A DNA stretch of 64,000 nucleotides from an uncultured Pseudomonadales bacterium. GTDB lineage: Bacteria; Patescibacteriota; Microgenomatia; UBA1400; PJMF01. The translations under genes and the position numbers were made by a program. The stretch lies in NCBI GenBank assembly GCA_964637295.1, contig CAZWWE010000001.1:188312-252311 (forward strand). The letters are read 5' to 3'. Below, piece after piece: positions 31,256-41,542 of this stretch; position 1 is the first letter of the stretch, and the number at the start of each line of letters is the position of its first letter. The notes beneath the pieces are model-generated. The model searched no databases, was not told the origin of the DNA, and saw nothing but the letters and a program-made list of their open reading frames with translations.

Positions 31256-33490
31256 TCAATTTTCTGCTTGAATTTTTTCTATCTTTGGCAAAAAGTCATA
31301 CCAAGTTGATAATTGCTGAAAATGCTCATAAATTACTAATAATTTTGCTTTTTGCATTTTGCTACTACTAAGATCAAATAAATCTTGCCATAAAAACCAA
31401 GAGAAGTTTTTTTCATGAACAAAAATGGCTTCTGCTAAATCAATAAACTCATCTAAACGGTTTTGCTCAAAAAGTTTAAGCAAAACTCGCTGATAAAGAG
31501 CCATGTAATCATAAAAATAAATACCCATCTCCGCTGGAACGAGATCTGGCCAAGTTTTTAAAAATTGAGTACTTTTTGCCAAATCTGGCTCTAATAAAAA
31601 ACTAGCTTGCAAATCGCTCATGATGTAAGGATTGAGCCACAAAGCAACTTGGTAATAATTAACCGCCAAGTGTAATTCATTGCTCACATAAGCTTGATTG
31701 GCTAAATTAAAAATTTGTTCGGCCAATTTTTTTTGTTGCCAATAATCAAAAAAACGCGTCTGATTAAGAAAATTATTCTCTTTGACAAGAGCTACTAATT
31801 TTTCTACCAAAGGCAAGGCCTCACTGGCTTGGTATTTTTCTAAATTTAAATAGCTTAAAAAACCCACTGGATCTAAATTGGCATATTGCAAAGTGATCAT
31901 TTTTTGATGATTTAAATCTAAATTTTCTACAAACAAAAATTTATAAATAAATTCTGCATCAGATGAATAATATGGATATAAAGTCTTAAAATCTTCTAAA
32001 AGCAAGCGGCGTTCACGTAATAAAGTGCGAATTGATTGATCTGCATAAGGTAAATGGCGAATGACCACTGCTTGCTGATTTTGCTTAATTAAAACTGCAG
32101 CGGCCAAATTATAAAGTAAAAGACAAATACTTAAAGCAAAAATTAAAAAGTAATAAATTTTAATGATTGGCCAAGTTGAGCTTTTGATTTCTTTGTTAGT
32201 AACCTGATTGGCCCCCATAATGATGGCTAAAAAAATTAAACTAAGACTAAAAATAGTAAAAAAATGCCAATCAAAATCAAATAGTGCATTTAGCAAAGAA
32301 AAAAATGCTCCTAACCAAAGAAATTTATAGAGAGGCCTTTGGTTTTGTTTGGCAAGCTGAAAAGTGCGATAAAAAATCATGAAAATCAAAATAATAAACA
32401 AAGCACCGACCAAAATACCTGTCTCTGCTAAATTATGCAAAAAAATGTTGTGTGCATAAGAAGTCAGGGCTTGACGCTGGTCAATAATGATGGGCCTACC
32501 AGCTGATTGAAAACCTTGCAAACCCACGCCAAAAAGCGGATGCTGCCTGAAAATTAACCAGGCTTTACGCCAATAAGCCAGGCGATCATTATCCCGCAAA
32601 GGCTGACAAACTTCCTTTTTAGCAATCACCAAAGGGCAAAAGTTGCTTGATTGATTTGCAAGAGGAATTGATAAAACTGAAAAAACAATCATGGAAGCTA
32701 ACACAAGAAATAGCAAACCTTTAAAAATTTGTTTCAAAAAAGCATGCTCCGTAAAGTGATAGAAACAATGGCGTTGTTTAAAGAAAATAATTAAAAATTG
32801 CAAAAAAGCCAAAAACAAAACTAAGCGCGCTAAGCTCAGCATTATGAGTAAATAAGATGAAAACAATAAAATAATCGTCAAAAATTTAATTTGCTGATCT
32901 GTGCTAATTCGCTTCTCTAGCTGAGGTAAAAATAATTGCCACCAAAAAATCGGTAACACTAATAACAAATAAGCAGCGTAATGATTGTGGCCATAGGTTC
33001 GCAAAAACAAATTCATTTTGGGAAACAAATCTGCGGGCGGTGGATAAAAAGTAAATCCTAAAACAATTAAATTTAAAACCAAAGTTAGAATAGATAGTTG
33101 ATAAAAAAAATATCTTTTTTGTAAAAAATGATTAGGAATGAGACTAAAAAAAACAAACAAAGCAAAAGCAAGCAAATAAAACAGCATTTTTTCCAGTGAT
33201 AAAGACAGATGAGAAGAAAAAAAGACATTTAGCACAAGTAAAATTGACCATAACCAAAGCAAAAAAAACACCACTCTATTTTGCTTGTTCATAGGATTGC
33301 TGACAGCAAAATAATTATTCAGCTTGAAAACTAAACTAAATAGCAATAAAAAACTTGCCCAAAGAGCAAATAAATAAAATTTGAGTTCACTTTCAATGAA
33401 AAAAAAAGACAACAAAAACAAAAAAAAGAAAGTAAAATGAAAAAATAGCTGCCACAGGCGCATGCGTTGACTAAGCTGATAAGTTATCAT
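31256..33490 (-). CDS. O-antigen-ligase (Wzy_C) family membrane protein with a helical, TPR-like C-terminus
   Basis: Many TMs, R.AYW..AW.IF..HPLFGVG, YAHNIFLHNLAETG. Confidence 0.82.
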   Translation of the reverse strand: MITYQLSQRMRLWQLFFHFTFFFLFLLSFFFIESELKFYLFALWASFLLLFSLVFKLNNYFAVSNPMNKQNRVVFFLLWLWSILLVLNVFFSSHLSLSLEKMLFYLLAFALFVFFSLIPNHFLQKRYFFYQLSILTLVLNLIVLGFTFYPPPADLFPKMNLFLRTYGHNHYAAYLLLVLPIFWWQLFLPQLEKRISTDQQIKFLTIILLFSSYLLIMLSLARLVLFLAFLQFLIIFFKQRHCFYHFTEHAFLKQIFKGLLFLVLASMIVFSVLSIPLANQSSNFCPLVIAKKEVCQPLRDNDRLAYWRKAWLIFRQHPLFGVGLQGFQSAGRPIIIDQRQALTSYAHNIFLHNLAETGILVGALFIILIFMIFYRTFQLAKQNQRPLYKFLWLGAFFSLLNALFDFDWHFFTIFSLSLIFLAIIMGANQVTNKEIKSSTWPIIKIYYFLIFALSICLLLYNLAAAVLIKQNQQAVVIRHLPYADQSIRTLLRERRLLLEDFKTLYPYYSSDAEFIYKFLFVENLDLNHQKMITLQYANLDPVGFLSYLNLEKYQASEALPLVEKLVALVKENNFLNQTRFFDYWQQKKLAEQIFNLANQAYVSNELHLAVNYYQVALWLNPYIMSDLQASFLLEPDLAKSTQFLKTWPDLVPAEMGIYFYDYMALYQRVLLKLFEQNRLDEFIDLAEAIFVHEKNFSWFLWQDLFDLSSSKMQKAKLLVIYEHFQQLSTWYDFLPKIEKIQAEN

Positions 33491-33502
33491 AAGCTAGGAT
33501 CA

Positions 33503-34630
33503 ATGATTTTAGTCAATCGAGTTAAAACTCCACTCAAAGCTAAAAAATATATATTAGATTGTCTTCATTCTACTTGGATTTCCGGTCAAGGCAAATACGT
33601 AGATTTATTTGAAGAAAAATTTGCAAAATATGTCGGTAAAAAATATGCTGTTGCCACTAATTCTGGAACCAGCGCTCTGCACTTAGCTCTTATGGCTTTA
33701 AATATTGGCGAAGGCGATGAGGTGATTTTGCCTGCTCTAACCATCGGTGCTTGTTATTTTGCCATTTGGCAAACTGGAGCTAAAGCGGTGCCGGTTGATG
33801 TCGATCCTAAAACCTACAATATCGATCCCGACTTAATTGAAAAAGCAATTACTAATAAAACCAAAGCAATCATGCTTGTCCATCTTTATGGCCAAGCATG
33901 CGACATGGATAGAATATTAAAAATAGCCAAAAAAAACCGTTTACTGATTATTGAAGATGCGGCAGAAGCTCACGGAGCAACTTACAAAGGAAAAAAGCTT
34001 GGCTCTTTTGGAGATCTCGCCTGCTTTAGCTTTTATGCTAATAAATTAATTACAACTGGCGAAGGAGGCGCAGTTCTGACCAATAATGAACGACTTGTTC
34101 AAAAAATGCGAGATTTGAAAAACCTCAATTTCGTTAAAAATAAGCGCTTTATTCACCAAGGCATTGGCTACAAATATGAAATGAGTAATCTAGAAGCCGC
34201 TTTGGGCCTAGCTTCTTTAGAAGAAGCTGATAAATCTCTCCACTTCAAACACAGAATGGCCAACTTTTACAATCAAGAACTGGCTGATATTCCTGGAATT
34301 GTTATTCCGCACCAAGATCAACAAGCAATTTCAAGTTACTGGATGTATGCCATTTTAATTAAAAAAGATAAGTTTGGCTTAAACAAAGATCAACTAAGGC
34401 AAATTCTGGATCAAGATTTTAACATTCAAACTAGAGAGTTTTTTTATCCTCCACAATTAGCCTTCAAGAAAATGGGGCTTTATCAGGGAAAAAAATTCCC
34501 TGTAGCTTCAAGATTAAATCAAGAAGGTCTTTATTTACCTTCTGGACTGGGCAATACTATGAAAGAATTCAAACAAGTCGTAACTGCTATCAAAAAGATT
34601 CATGAGCATGCTAGAAGAAAAATATCTTAA
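33503..34630 (+). CDS. DegT/DnrJ/EryC1/StrS aminotransferase (perosamine-synthase-like)
   Basis: NSGTSALHLAL, IIEDAAEAHGA, FSFYANKLITTGEGG (PLP Lys), GLYLPS. ATG at 33503 is preferred. Confidence 0.92.
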   Translation: MILVNRVKTPLKAKKYILDCLHSTWISGQGKYVDLFEEKFAKYVGKKYAVATNSGTSALHLALMALNIGEGDEVILPALTIGACYFAIWQTGAKAVPVDVDPKTYNIDPDLIEKAITNKTKAIMLVHLYGQACDMDRILKIAKKNRLLIIEDAAEAHGATYKGKKLGSFGDLACFSFYANKLITTGEGGAVLTNNERLVQKMRDLKNLNFVKNKRFIHQGIGYKYEMSNLEAALGLASLEEADKSLHFKHRMANFYNQELADIPGIVIPHQDQQAISSYWMYAILIKKDKFGLNKDQLRQILDQDFNIQTREFFYPPQLAFKKMGLYQGKKFPVASRLNQEGLYLPSGLGNTMKEFKQVVTAIKKIHEHARRKIS

Positions 34631-35021
34631 AAGAATTTTTTATCGAAAAAAAGAAATTGCCTTTATTATCAGGGCTAATCACCCAATAGAATCAGTTGCT
34701 TTTTTTTCACCAAATGAAGATTTTCTGCAAGTGGGTTATCATAAAAAACAAAACGGAACTAAATTAAAGGCGCATTATCACCAATTCAAAGGTCATCAAA
34801 TAAATAGCCTACAAGAAGTGCTTTATATCGTCAAAGGAAAAGTTAGGGTCGACTTTTTCACCAAAAAAGGTAAAAAAATCCAATCGGAAACTCTAGAAAA
34901 AGGCGACATTCTTTTTCAAAGAGATCTTGGCCATGGCTTTGAGCTTTTGGAAGATGCTGAAATTTTTGAGGTCAAACAAGGACCTTTTTTTGGCCAAGAA
35001 CACAAGCGATTTTACGATTGA
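34602..35021 (+). CDS. Cupin-fold protein (WbuC-like)
   Basis: AHYH...QEVLYIVKG...GHGF...EVKQGP. Confidence 0.75.
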   Translation: MSMLEEKYLKRIFYRKKEIAFIIRANHPIESVAFFSPNEDFLQVGYHKKQNGTKLKAHYHQFKGHQINSLQEVLYIVKGKVRVDFFTKKGKKIQSETLEKGDILFQRDLGHGFELLEDAEIFEVKQGPFFGQEHKRFYD

Positions 35022-35722
35022 AATCTTAATTGCAAAGCAACTTTCAAATAACTAAAACACATCTGTAATAATTTTGACTTACTTGTTCCATATTGTCTTT
35101 TGCGATAAAAAACAGGCAATTCACCCATTTTAAAATTCAGCTTTTTAGCCCAATAGACCAAGCGCAAATGATACTCTCCATAACCTATAAATATTTCATC
35201 AAGCGGCATTTTTCGCAAAACACTCGATTTGATCGCATAATAACCACTAGCATTGTCAGTCGATGGAAAAGCAAAAAATATTCTTAAAAATTGATTGAAA
35301 AGTTTAGTCAAAAAAAATCTCCACTGATCTTCCATACCTCCACCTTTAATAAATCTTGAAGCTATCACTAGATTTAGTTTTTGATTTTTTAGTTTATTGA
35401 CCAGCTGCTTAATAATTTTCGGGTCGTGATTAAAATCAGCATCCATGCCAACAATAACTTGTCCCCTTGCTTGTTTTAGACCAAACAGAATTGAGCGCGA
35501 CAATCCCCTGGGTGGAAGGTTTTGTAAAAACTTAACTCGCTTGTTTGCAGCGCTTTTTTTCTTCATCAGTTCAATCGTGCCATCAACACTCTTGTCATCG
35601 ACAACAATAATCTCAAAATTTGTAGTTACAAGTTCTTTGCTTAAAACATCAACCAGACGACCAATATTTTGTTTTTCATTGTAGGTAGGAATGATTATGC
35701 TAGTTAATATGGAATTTGACAC
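35012..35722 (-). CDS. GT2 polyprenol-phosphate glycosyltransferase (Dpm1/Ppm1-like)
   Basis: IIIPTYNE, VDDKSVDGT, MDADFNHDP, ASRFIKGG, R.YG.SK. Confidence 0.9.
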   Translation of the reverse strand: MSNSILTSIIIPTYNEKQNIGRLVDVLSKELVTTNFEIIVVDDKSVDGTIELMKKKSAANKRVKFLQNLPPRGLSRSILFGLKQARGQVIVGMDADFNHDPKIIKQLVNKLKNQKLNLVIASRFIKGGGMEDQWRFFLTKLFNQFLRIFFAFPSTDNASGYYAIKSSVLRKMPLDEIFIGYGEYHLRLVYWAKKLNFKMGELPVFYRKRQYGTSKSKLLQMCFSYLKVALQLRFQS

Positions 35723-35726
35723 AATG

Positions 35727-36455
35727 TTATTTTCTTTTAGCTAAAATTATCACACTGGATCCAATTGGTAAATTAATGTTTTTCTCTATAAGAAACAGGT
35801 CTATCTTAGCGAGAAATAATAATAAAGAATTCAACACTGGATTGATTTTGCCAACAGTTTTTATTTTTTTGGGCTTAAATGTCTTCAAAAACATTCTTTG
35901 TAATACAAAAAGAGGAAAAGTGGCAAAATAAAGATAGGTAGAACGGATAATTTTAAAGTCATGAATTGCTAATAAATTCTCCAGCTCCTTTTTTCTAAAT
36001 CTTTTCTTCGCCATCATTTGCTCATCGTGCACACTCCAAAAAAAAGGTAAGGCACAGTCAGTGATTAAGAGATACCCATTTTTCTTTAATAAACGACTCG
36101 CTTCTCTTAAAACTGCTTTTTCATCAACTTTCTTATGATATAAAACATCAAAAACAGTAATTAAATCAAAATTTTTTTCATTCACTGGAATTTTGTTGAT
36201 TGAAGATTGGATAACTTGCAGTTTTCTTTGTTTGCAAAAATCAACAGCCCTGCTGTTCTGTTCCACTCCAGTTACCTTGCTCCACTGCTCTAAAAATTGA
36301 GTCATGCCTCCAGTGCCACAGCCGAGATCTAAAATCTTATTTTCTTTACTCAACTTAATTTTTTTTAAAAAAATTGCAATAAACAATCTTTTGGCAACAA
36401 ACCACCAATGAGCGGTTTCGGCTTGAAACATAGATTGATATTGAGATTGTTGCAT
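35727..36455 (-). CDS. Class I SAM-dependent methyltransferase
   Basis: HWWF, ILDLGCGTG, FDVLYH. Confidence 0.9.
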   Translation of the reverse strand: MQQSQYQSMFQAETAHWWFVAKRLFIAIFLKKIKLSKENKILDLGCGTGGMTQFLEQWSKVTGVEQNSRAVDFCKQRKLQVIQSSINKIPVNEKNFDLITVFDVLYHKKVDEKAVLREASRLLKKNGYLLITDCALPFFWSVHDEQMMAKKRFRKKELENLLAIHDFKIIRSTYLYFATFPLFVLQRMFLKTFKPKKIKTVGKINPVLNSLLLFLAKIDLFLIEKNINLPIGSSVIILAKRK

Positions 36456-36457
36456 TT

Positions 36458-38101
36458 TTAGAAATCGTTCTGTTTTTTTAGCAGATAAATTTTTATTTCT
36501 GAAATATCATCATGGGTATTTAAGCTGCTTGATTTGATTACAAAAAATTGATAATCAATTTTAAGTTTAAATTTATCCCCAAAAGAATACATGCTTTGCA
36601 AAAACCTGCTTATACATTCCTCATCATATTCTCTGCATATTAGAAAATAATATTTTGCATCCAAATAATTTAGTTGACCTCCGTAGTTTAAAGTGTGCTG
36701 ATAATTGTCAACAAGCAAATTTGCCTCATAAAATACTTTATTAACAAAATGGTCAATTCTTTCTGCCATCCACTTTCTATACCACAGATAATTACCGGGA
36801 TCAGTTAAATAATTTTCATTTTGATAAGCGATATCATTAAAAATGTAAACTTTGTCTATAGAAATAAGATTCTGTTTGATTTCATTTACTATCGAGTTGG
36901 CTATTTTTTCATAAACAAATGATGAGTCAACATTTTTTATTGAACAAAAATTTGAACTATCTTTAAGATTGATTATCAAAAAAAATATAAAAAAGGTGAG
37001 CATGATTATGTAAGAAAAAAATTTTAAAATTGAAGGCTTAAGATTAATAACCGTAGATAAATTTATTGCTAATAAAATAAAAAATAAAATACTCAAAACA
37101 TCTATTCTTTGAAGAGAATAAAAACTTTGACTTTTTAAAAAAATAAGGATAATAAAAATCCAAAAAAATACTAGTGGCGTGGTGAATATTTTGACATAAT
37201 CATTTTGAATATTTCTATTAAATGAATTGCTTGCTATTAAAAAAAGAACAAATATTAAAAAAATAAACTCAATAATTTTTGACTCTGTTGTAAAAAATAA
37301 TGACAAAAAAAGTTGAAAGTTTGTATAAAAATGAGTCGCCAAATCTAAAGAAGATGATTTATTTAATTCGACAACAGTAAAAAATGTTTTGAAAGATTGA
37401 AAATGATTGTTAATTTCAAAAATAATTTGAGGCAAATAAATAATTATGAAAAAACAAAATAAAGAAAAAAAAGTATAAAAAATATTGATTAAAAAATTCT
37501 TTTGGTTTCTATTAAAAAAAATAAATGATCCATAAGCAATTGTTGGTAAAAAGATAATTGGAGATGGATAAATTGATAAAGAAAAGAAAAAAAACCAATG
37601 GCTTAAAAACAAATAAAGAATTGCCTTTTTTTTTAAAGCTAAAACTAAAAAGAAAAGAGAAACTGTTAAAAATAAAAATAGTGGATGTGGGTGCCAAATG
37701 GTTCTGCTAACAACGATCGAATACTTCCAAACACTAAACATCACAAAAAATAAAACTGCAATTCTTTTATCATTAGTTATTAAATAAATAAGTAGAGCTA
37801 AAAAAAATATCGTTAACAACCCAAAAATTGCAAAACCTAAAGAAATAATCCCGATTTGACCATTTCCTAGAAAATAAAGCAAAGAGATTAAATAAAGATA
37901 AGTAGGTGGAATAAATAATCCGGGTTGGCTTAGCGCTGGACCAATCAATGGCATTCTTTTTGTTAAATTGATTAATCTTGCAGCTTCTAATTCGTAGCCA
38001 GAGTCTGGTTCTAAATAAGAAAATTTTAAATCAAATAATCTAAAATATGATGCAATACAAACCAAGATCACGCTTAAGAAAAATATAAATGCTTTTTTCA
38101 T
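36458..38101 (-). CDS. GT-C fold membrane glycosyltransferase (ArnT/PMT_2-like)
   Basis: RLF.L...EPD..Y...A, PLIGP, PPTYLY, SR.IWHP, many TMs. Very AT-rich. Confidence 0.75.
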   Translation of the reverse strand: MKKAFIFFLSVILVCIASYFRLFDLKFSYLEPDSGYELEAARLINLTKRMPLIGPALSQPGLFIPPTYLYLISLLYFLGNGQIGIISLGFAIFGLLTIFFLALLIYLITNDKRIAVLFFVMFSVWKYSIVVSRTIWHPHPLFLFLTVSLFFLVLALKKKAILYLFLSHWFFFFSLSIYPSPIIFLPTIAYGSFIFFNRNQKNFLINIFYTFFSLFCFFIIIYLPQIIFEINNHFQSFKTFFTVVELNKSSSLDLATHFYTNFQLFLSLFFTTESKIIEFIFLIFVLFLIASNSFNRNIQNDYVKIFTTPLVFFWIFIILIFLKSQSFYSLQRIDVLSILFFILLAINLSTVINLKPSILKFFSYIIMLTFFIFFLIINLKDSSNFCSIKNVDSSFVYEKIANSIVNEIKQNLISIDKVYIFNDIAYQNENYLTDPGNYLWYRKWMAERIDHFVNKVFYEANLLVDNYQHTLNYGGQLNYLDAKYYFLICREYDEECISRFLQSMYSFGDKFKLKIDYQFFVIKSSSLNTHDDISEIKIYLLKKQNDF

Positions 38102-39537
38102 TTATTTTTATTTAATAAATAAAGATTTTGATTGTCATGACTAGATTTGAGAAAAGCGTCATATCCCATTTCCTGAATTTGGAATAAATCTTGATAAACT
38201 ACTTTTCTGTCAACTGAAAACTGATCTAACAAATAAATATTATCACACTCATAATTACTTTCGTTTCTTAAAAAAGAATCTGTGTCAAGTATTTTTACAA
38301 CACTTCCTAGAAAATATTTTGCTTGCAAGTAATTCCAGCTTGGAATAGTAAACAAACAGCTATTGCTTGGAAAACTAAATTCATAAAAAAATGAAATAGG
38401 GTGCTTCGTATAATTAAAAACTGAGTAGATTTTTTTTGTGTCTAACAACATAAAATACAAAGGAAATTGTGAAATTTGAATGACAATAAAAAGGGAAAAA
38501 ACTAAATTAGAAAATTTATTTTTTTCTGTAAAAAAAAGAGTAATTATTATATAAAATGGTATTAAGATTGGAAAAGAAGTTCTGGGATAAAACAATCTAT
38601 TTCCGGTTATCTTTGACAGGATAACAAAAAATATCAAAGATAGTGTCGTGGAAAACAAAAGAGATTTGGTAAGACTTTGGTTTTTACTGCAGAACATTGA
38701 ATGACACATAATAAAAAATAAAACTATAAAAAATGGAATTATGAATGAATTATATGTTTTTTCTGGCGTATAAACCATTAACATACCAAAATAATTAGCA
38801 AATAATTCAAAAAAATTAAAAATATTTACATCTGGAGCCCACTGGTTGCCTATTATTGTTATTGCGACATTTTTAAAAAATGTTGGTAAAAACCAACAAA
38901 TGCCAAAAAAGAATATCAAAAAAAATTGCATAAATATTTTGAGACTAGAAAAATTTTTTTTGTATAATAAATAAGTTAATGGCCAAATTGGAATCAACCA
39001 AACTGAACTATAACTAGTAAAAAACAATAAAATAGCGAACAAAGACAAAAATAAAACATTCGCAAATTTTATTTTTAAATTATTTTTAAGAATAAAGAAC
39101 CAGTAAAATGAATAAATGATTGAAAAAGAAATGGTCAATCCAAACATTCTGTGTTGAAAGCTTAAATGAACGATAGAAATATTGCTAAACAAAAGAAGAA
39201 AAAAAGCAATTAGAAAAGAATAATTTTCTTTTCTGTAAAATAGATATATGCAAATTATCGTAATGAATAACAGCATTACCTGAATTAACCTATAGTAAAA
39301 AATTCCATTGTTAATGCCTAAGAATGCTGTTGGGGCTTCCATAATAAGATACCAAATCATTGGATGAGCTGGATCTGGACATTGGAGCAATTCTTTTAGA
39401 GAAAAACTTTGATTAAAATCAATAGCCAAAATTTCATCTTCCAAAGCATCATATTGTAAATGAGCAAAATACCTTGGCACAAAGAATAGTAATGATAAAA
39501 TCATTAATATTAAAGTTTCTCGCCAATTCTTTTTCAT
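38098..39537 (-). CDS. GT-C fold membrane glycosyltransferase-like protein
   Basis: First loop DE motif (LEDE), HPMIWY, RMF, many TMs. Confidence 0.65.
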   Translation of the reverse strand: MKKNWRETLILMILSLLFFVPRYFAHLQYDALEDEILAIDFNQSFSLKELLQCPDPAHPMIWYLIMEAPTAFLGINNGIFYYRLIQVMLLFITIICIYLFYRKENYSFLIAFFLLLFSNISIVHLSFQHRMFGLTISFSIIYSFYWFFILKNNLKIKFANVLFLSLFAILLFFTSYSSVWLIPIWPLTYLLYKKNFSSLKIFMQFFLIFFFGICWFLPTFFKNVAITIIGNQWAPDVNIFNFFELFANYFGMLMVYTPEKTYNSFIIPFFIVLFFIMCHSMFCSKNQSLTKSLLFSTTLSLIFFVILSKITGNRLFYPRTSFPILIPFYIIITLFFTEKNKFSNLVFSLFIVIQISQFPLYFMLLDTKKIYSVFNYTKHPISFFYEFSFPSNSCLFTIPSWNYLQAKYFLGSVVKILDTDSFLRNESNYECDNIYLLDQFSVDRKVVYQDLFQIQEMGYDAFLKSSHDNQNLYLLNKNK

Positions 39538-40619
39538 TTTTGATCCAACAAATTTTTACTTATCTCATCAATTTTCATTTTCCAAGTATTTGCATTGGCT
39601 ATTTTTTTTTGAAAAAGTTGTTGTTCAATAGTCAAAGGACGATTTAAAAAAGCATTAATTGCTTTTGAAAATTCTGCAGCAGTTTTTGCAATGCTAATAA
39701 ATTCAGGGAACTTTTTCAGTTCTTCGATTTCTGTGCTTATCACAGGCTTACCAGCGTAAAAATATTCAAATGTTTTCATTGGATAGCAGTAACGATTGAA
39801 TAAATATCTATCATTGTAAGGAATAATACAAACATCAAATTGTTCGATGATGTCAAACATTTCCTGGCGTGGCTGTTTATCAATATGAAAAAAATTTTTA
39901 TGAAAAAACAGTTGATTAATTTTTGTTTCTTCCCCTTCGAAAGAAACGTTTGATTCATGATGCTTGGGACCAACAAAAATAAAATTCCACTGTTGATTAT
40001 TAGCTATTAATTCCAAAAGCAGATCGAAATCTAGCCTCTGGCTCATTTGTCCAACAAAACCAATTACTGGCCTAACTTTTGGCAAATTAAGAGCCGATTT
40101 TTTTCTATCTAAAGTAAAACTAGCCAAATCAAATCCTTGTGGTACGACTCTGATTTCAGTTTTAGCATCTTTTTGATAAAGCTTTTTTAATGTCTTAGAA
40201 ATAGAAAAAACATAATCTGCTTTACTAAGTAAATATTTTTTTTGCATTTGTAAAAGCTTATGTTCTACCAAAATTGGCGAGTCATGATAATCAACTACAT
40301 CAAAAATTGCTTGCCACCACGGTAATTTAAATTTGATTGCTGTAACAAGCTGAGGGAAAAACATCCAGAAATAATATTTTCTTCCTTTTTTAAAAAATTT
40401 GATTGTTAAATAAAACTGCAAGTATAAGAAGTAAATTGCTTTATTTAATTGGTCAATTATTTTATATCTACTAAAAGGAATTAAATTAATCGGATTATAG
40501 TAATTAATTACAAAAACATCGTTATTTTTTGCTAAACAATTTTTTGTTTGCCACAAAAAATCACAAACCTGCTCCTCACTAGAAATATTTGGGATAATAA
40601 TGACTGCGTTTTTTAACAT
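39534..40619 (-). CDS. GT-B glycosyltransferase (TuaH-like)
   Basis: VPQGFD, IGFVG, RLDFDLL, FDVCIIPY, YPMKTFEYFYAGKPVIST. Confidence 0.85.
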   Translation of the reverse strand: MLKNAVIIIPNISSEEQVCDFLWQTKNCLAKNNDVFVINYYNPINLIPFSRYKIIDQLNKAIYFLYLQFYLTIKFFKKGRKYYFWMFFPQLVTAIKFKLPWWQAIFDVVDYHDSPILVEHKLLQMQKKYLLSKADYVFSISKTLKKLYQKDAKTEIRVVPQGFDLASFTLDRKKSALNLPKVRPVIGFVGQMSQRLDFDLLLELIANNQQWNFIFVGPKHHESNVSFEGEETKINQLFFHKNFFHIDKQPRQEMFDIIEQFDVCIIPYNDRYLFNRYCYPMKTFEYFYAGKPVISTEIEELKKFPEFISIAKTAAEFSKAINAFLNRPLTIEQQLFQKKIANANTWKMKIDEISKNLLDQK

Positions 40620-40645
40620 TTCCTAGTTTATAATAACCCATAATA

Positions 40646-41542
40646 ATGAGGGCTAACATCACCATTGCAATTGTAACAAAAAATAGAATTAAAGAGCTAG
40701 CAAGATGCTTAGATAGCCTTTTGATTCAAAGCCAAAAATCACAGAAAATTATCGTTATTGACAATGATCACGATCATACAGCTAAACAAGTGATTGTTAA
40801 AAATAAGTATCAACAGCTGCCAATTGTTTACTATACTGTTGATGGAAGCGTGCCAAAGTGTAGAAATTTTGCCATTGTAAAGTGTAAAAGTAAATATCTT
40901 GCTTTCACCGATGATGATTGCCTACTAGATCAAAATTGGATTAAAAATGGCATTAATAAAATTAGAAATGGTGACTATGATTTTGTAGTTGGGCAAACCA
41001 AGCTTTATAATCCAGAAAATCTTTTTGCTTTAGCTCAACATACTAGAGATGAATATTGGAAAAAGCAGAATTCTCCCATGTTTGATACAAAAAATGTAAT
41101 TTTAAATTTAGCAACGATTAAGAAACACCAATTGATGTTTGATGAAAAATGTCAAAAATCAGTATACGATAGCGCCGATTTCGACTTTGATTTTGTGGTA
41201 AAAAAATACAAACTCAAAGGTAGTTTTTGTAAAAAAATGATAGTTTACCATAAAGAAACAAAGCAATTTATAAGGTTCATTAGAAGAGCATACTATCGAG
41301 GCTACTTAGGCAAATATTTGGACAGAAAATGGCAACTTGAAGATCAATTAGTTGACTTGAGCACTAGGAACTTTATAATCTGGTTGCTCAAGTTGATTAA
41401 AAACTATTTTTATGATTATAAAAGATATGCTCAAAAAATGAGCCAAGCACCAGTGTGTAATAAAATTTTAGCAAATTTAATCATTAAAATATTTGAGTTC
41501 TGTTACGTCTCAGGTTATGTGGCAAATAAAAAAACTTTTTAA
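40646..41542 (+). CDS. GT2 glycosyltransferase
   Basis: IAIVTKNR, VIDND, RN, FTDDDC. Confidence 0.88.
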   Translation: MRANITIAIVTKNRIKELARCLDSLLIQSQKSQKIIVIDNDHDHTAKQVIVKNKYQQLPIVYYTVDGSVPKCRNFAIVKCKSKYLAFTDDDCLLDQNWIKNGINKIRNGDYDFVVGQTKLYNPENLFALAQHTRDEYWKKQNSPMFDTKNVILNLATIKKHQLMFDEKCQKSVYDSADFDFDFVVKKYKLKGSFCKKMIVYHKETKQFIRFIRRAYYRGYLGKYLDRKWQLEDQLVDLSTRNFIIWLLKLIKNYFYDYKRYAQKMSQAPVCNKILANLIIKIFEFCYVSGYVANKKTF

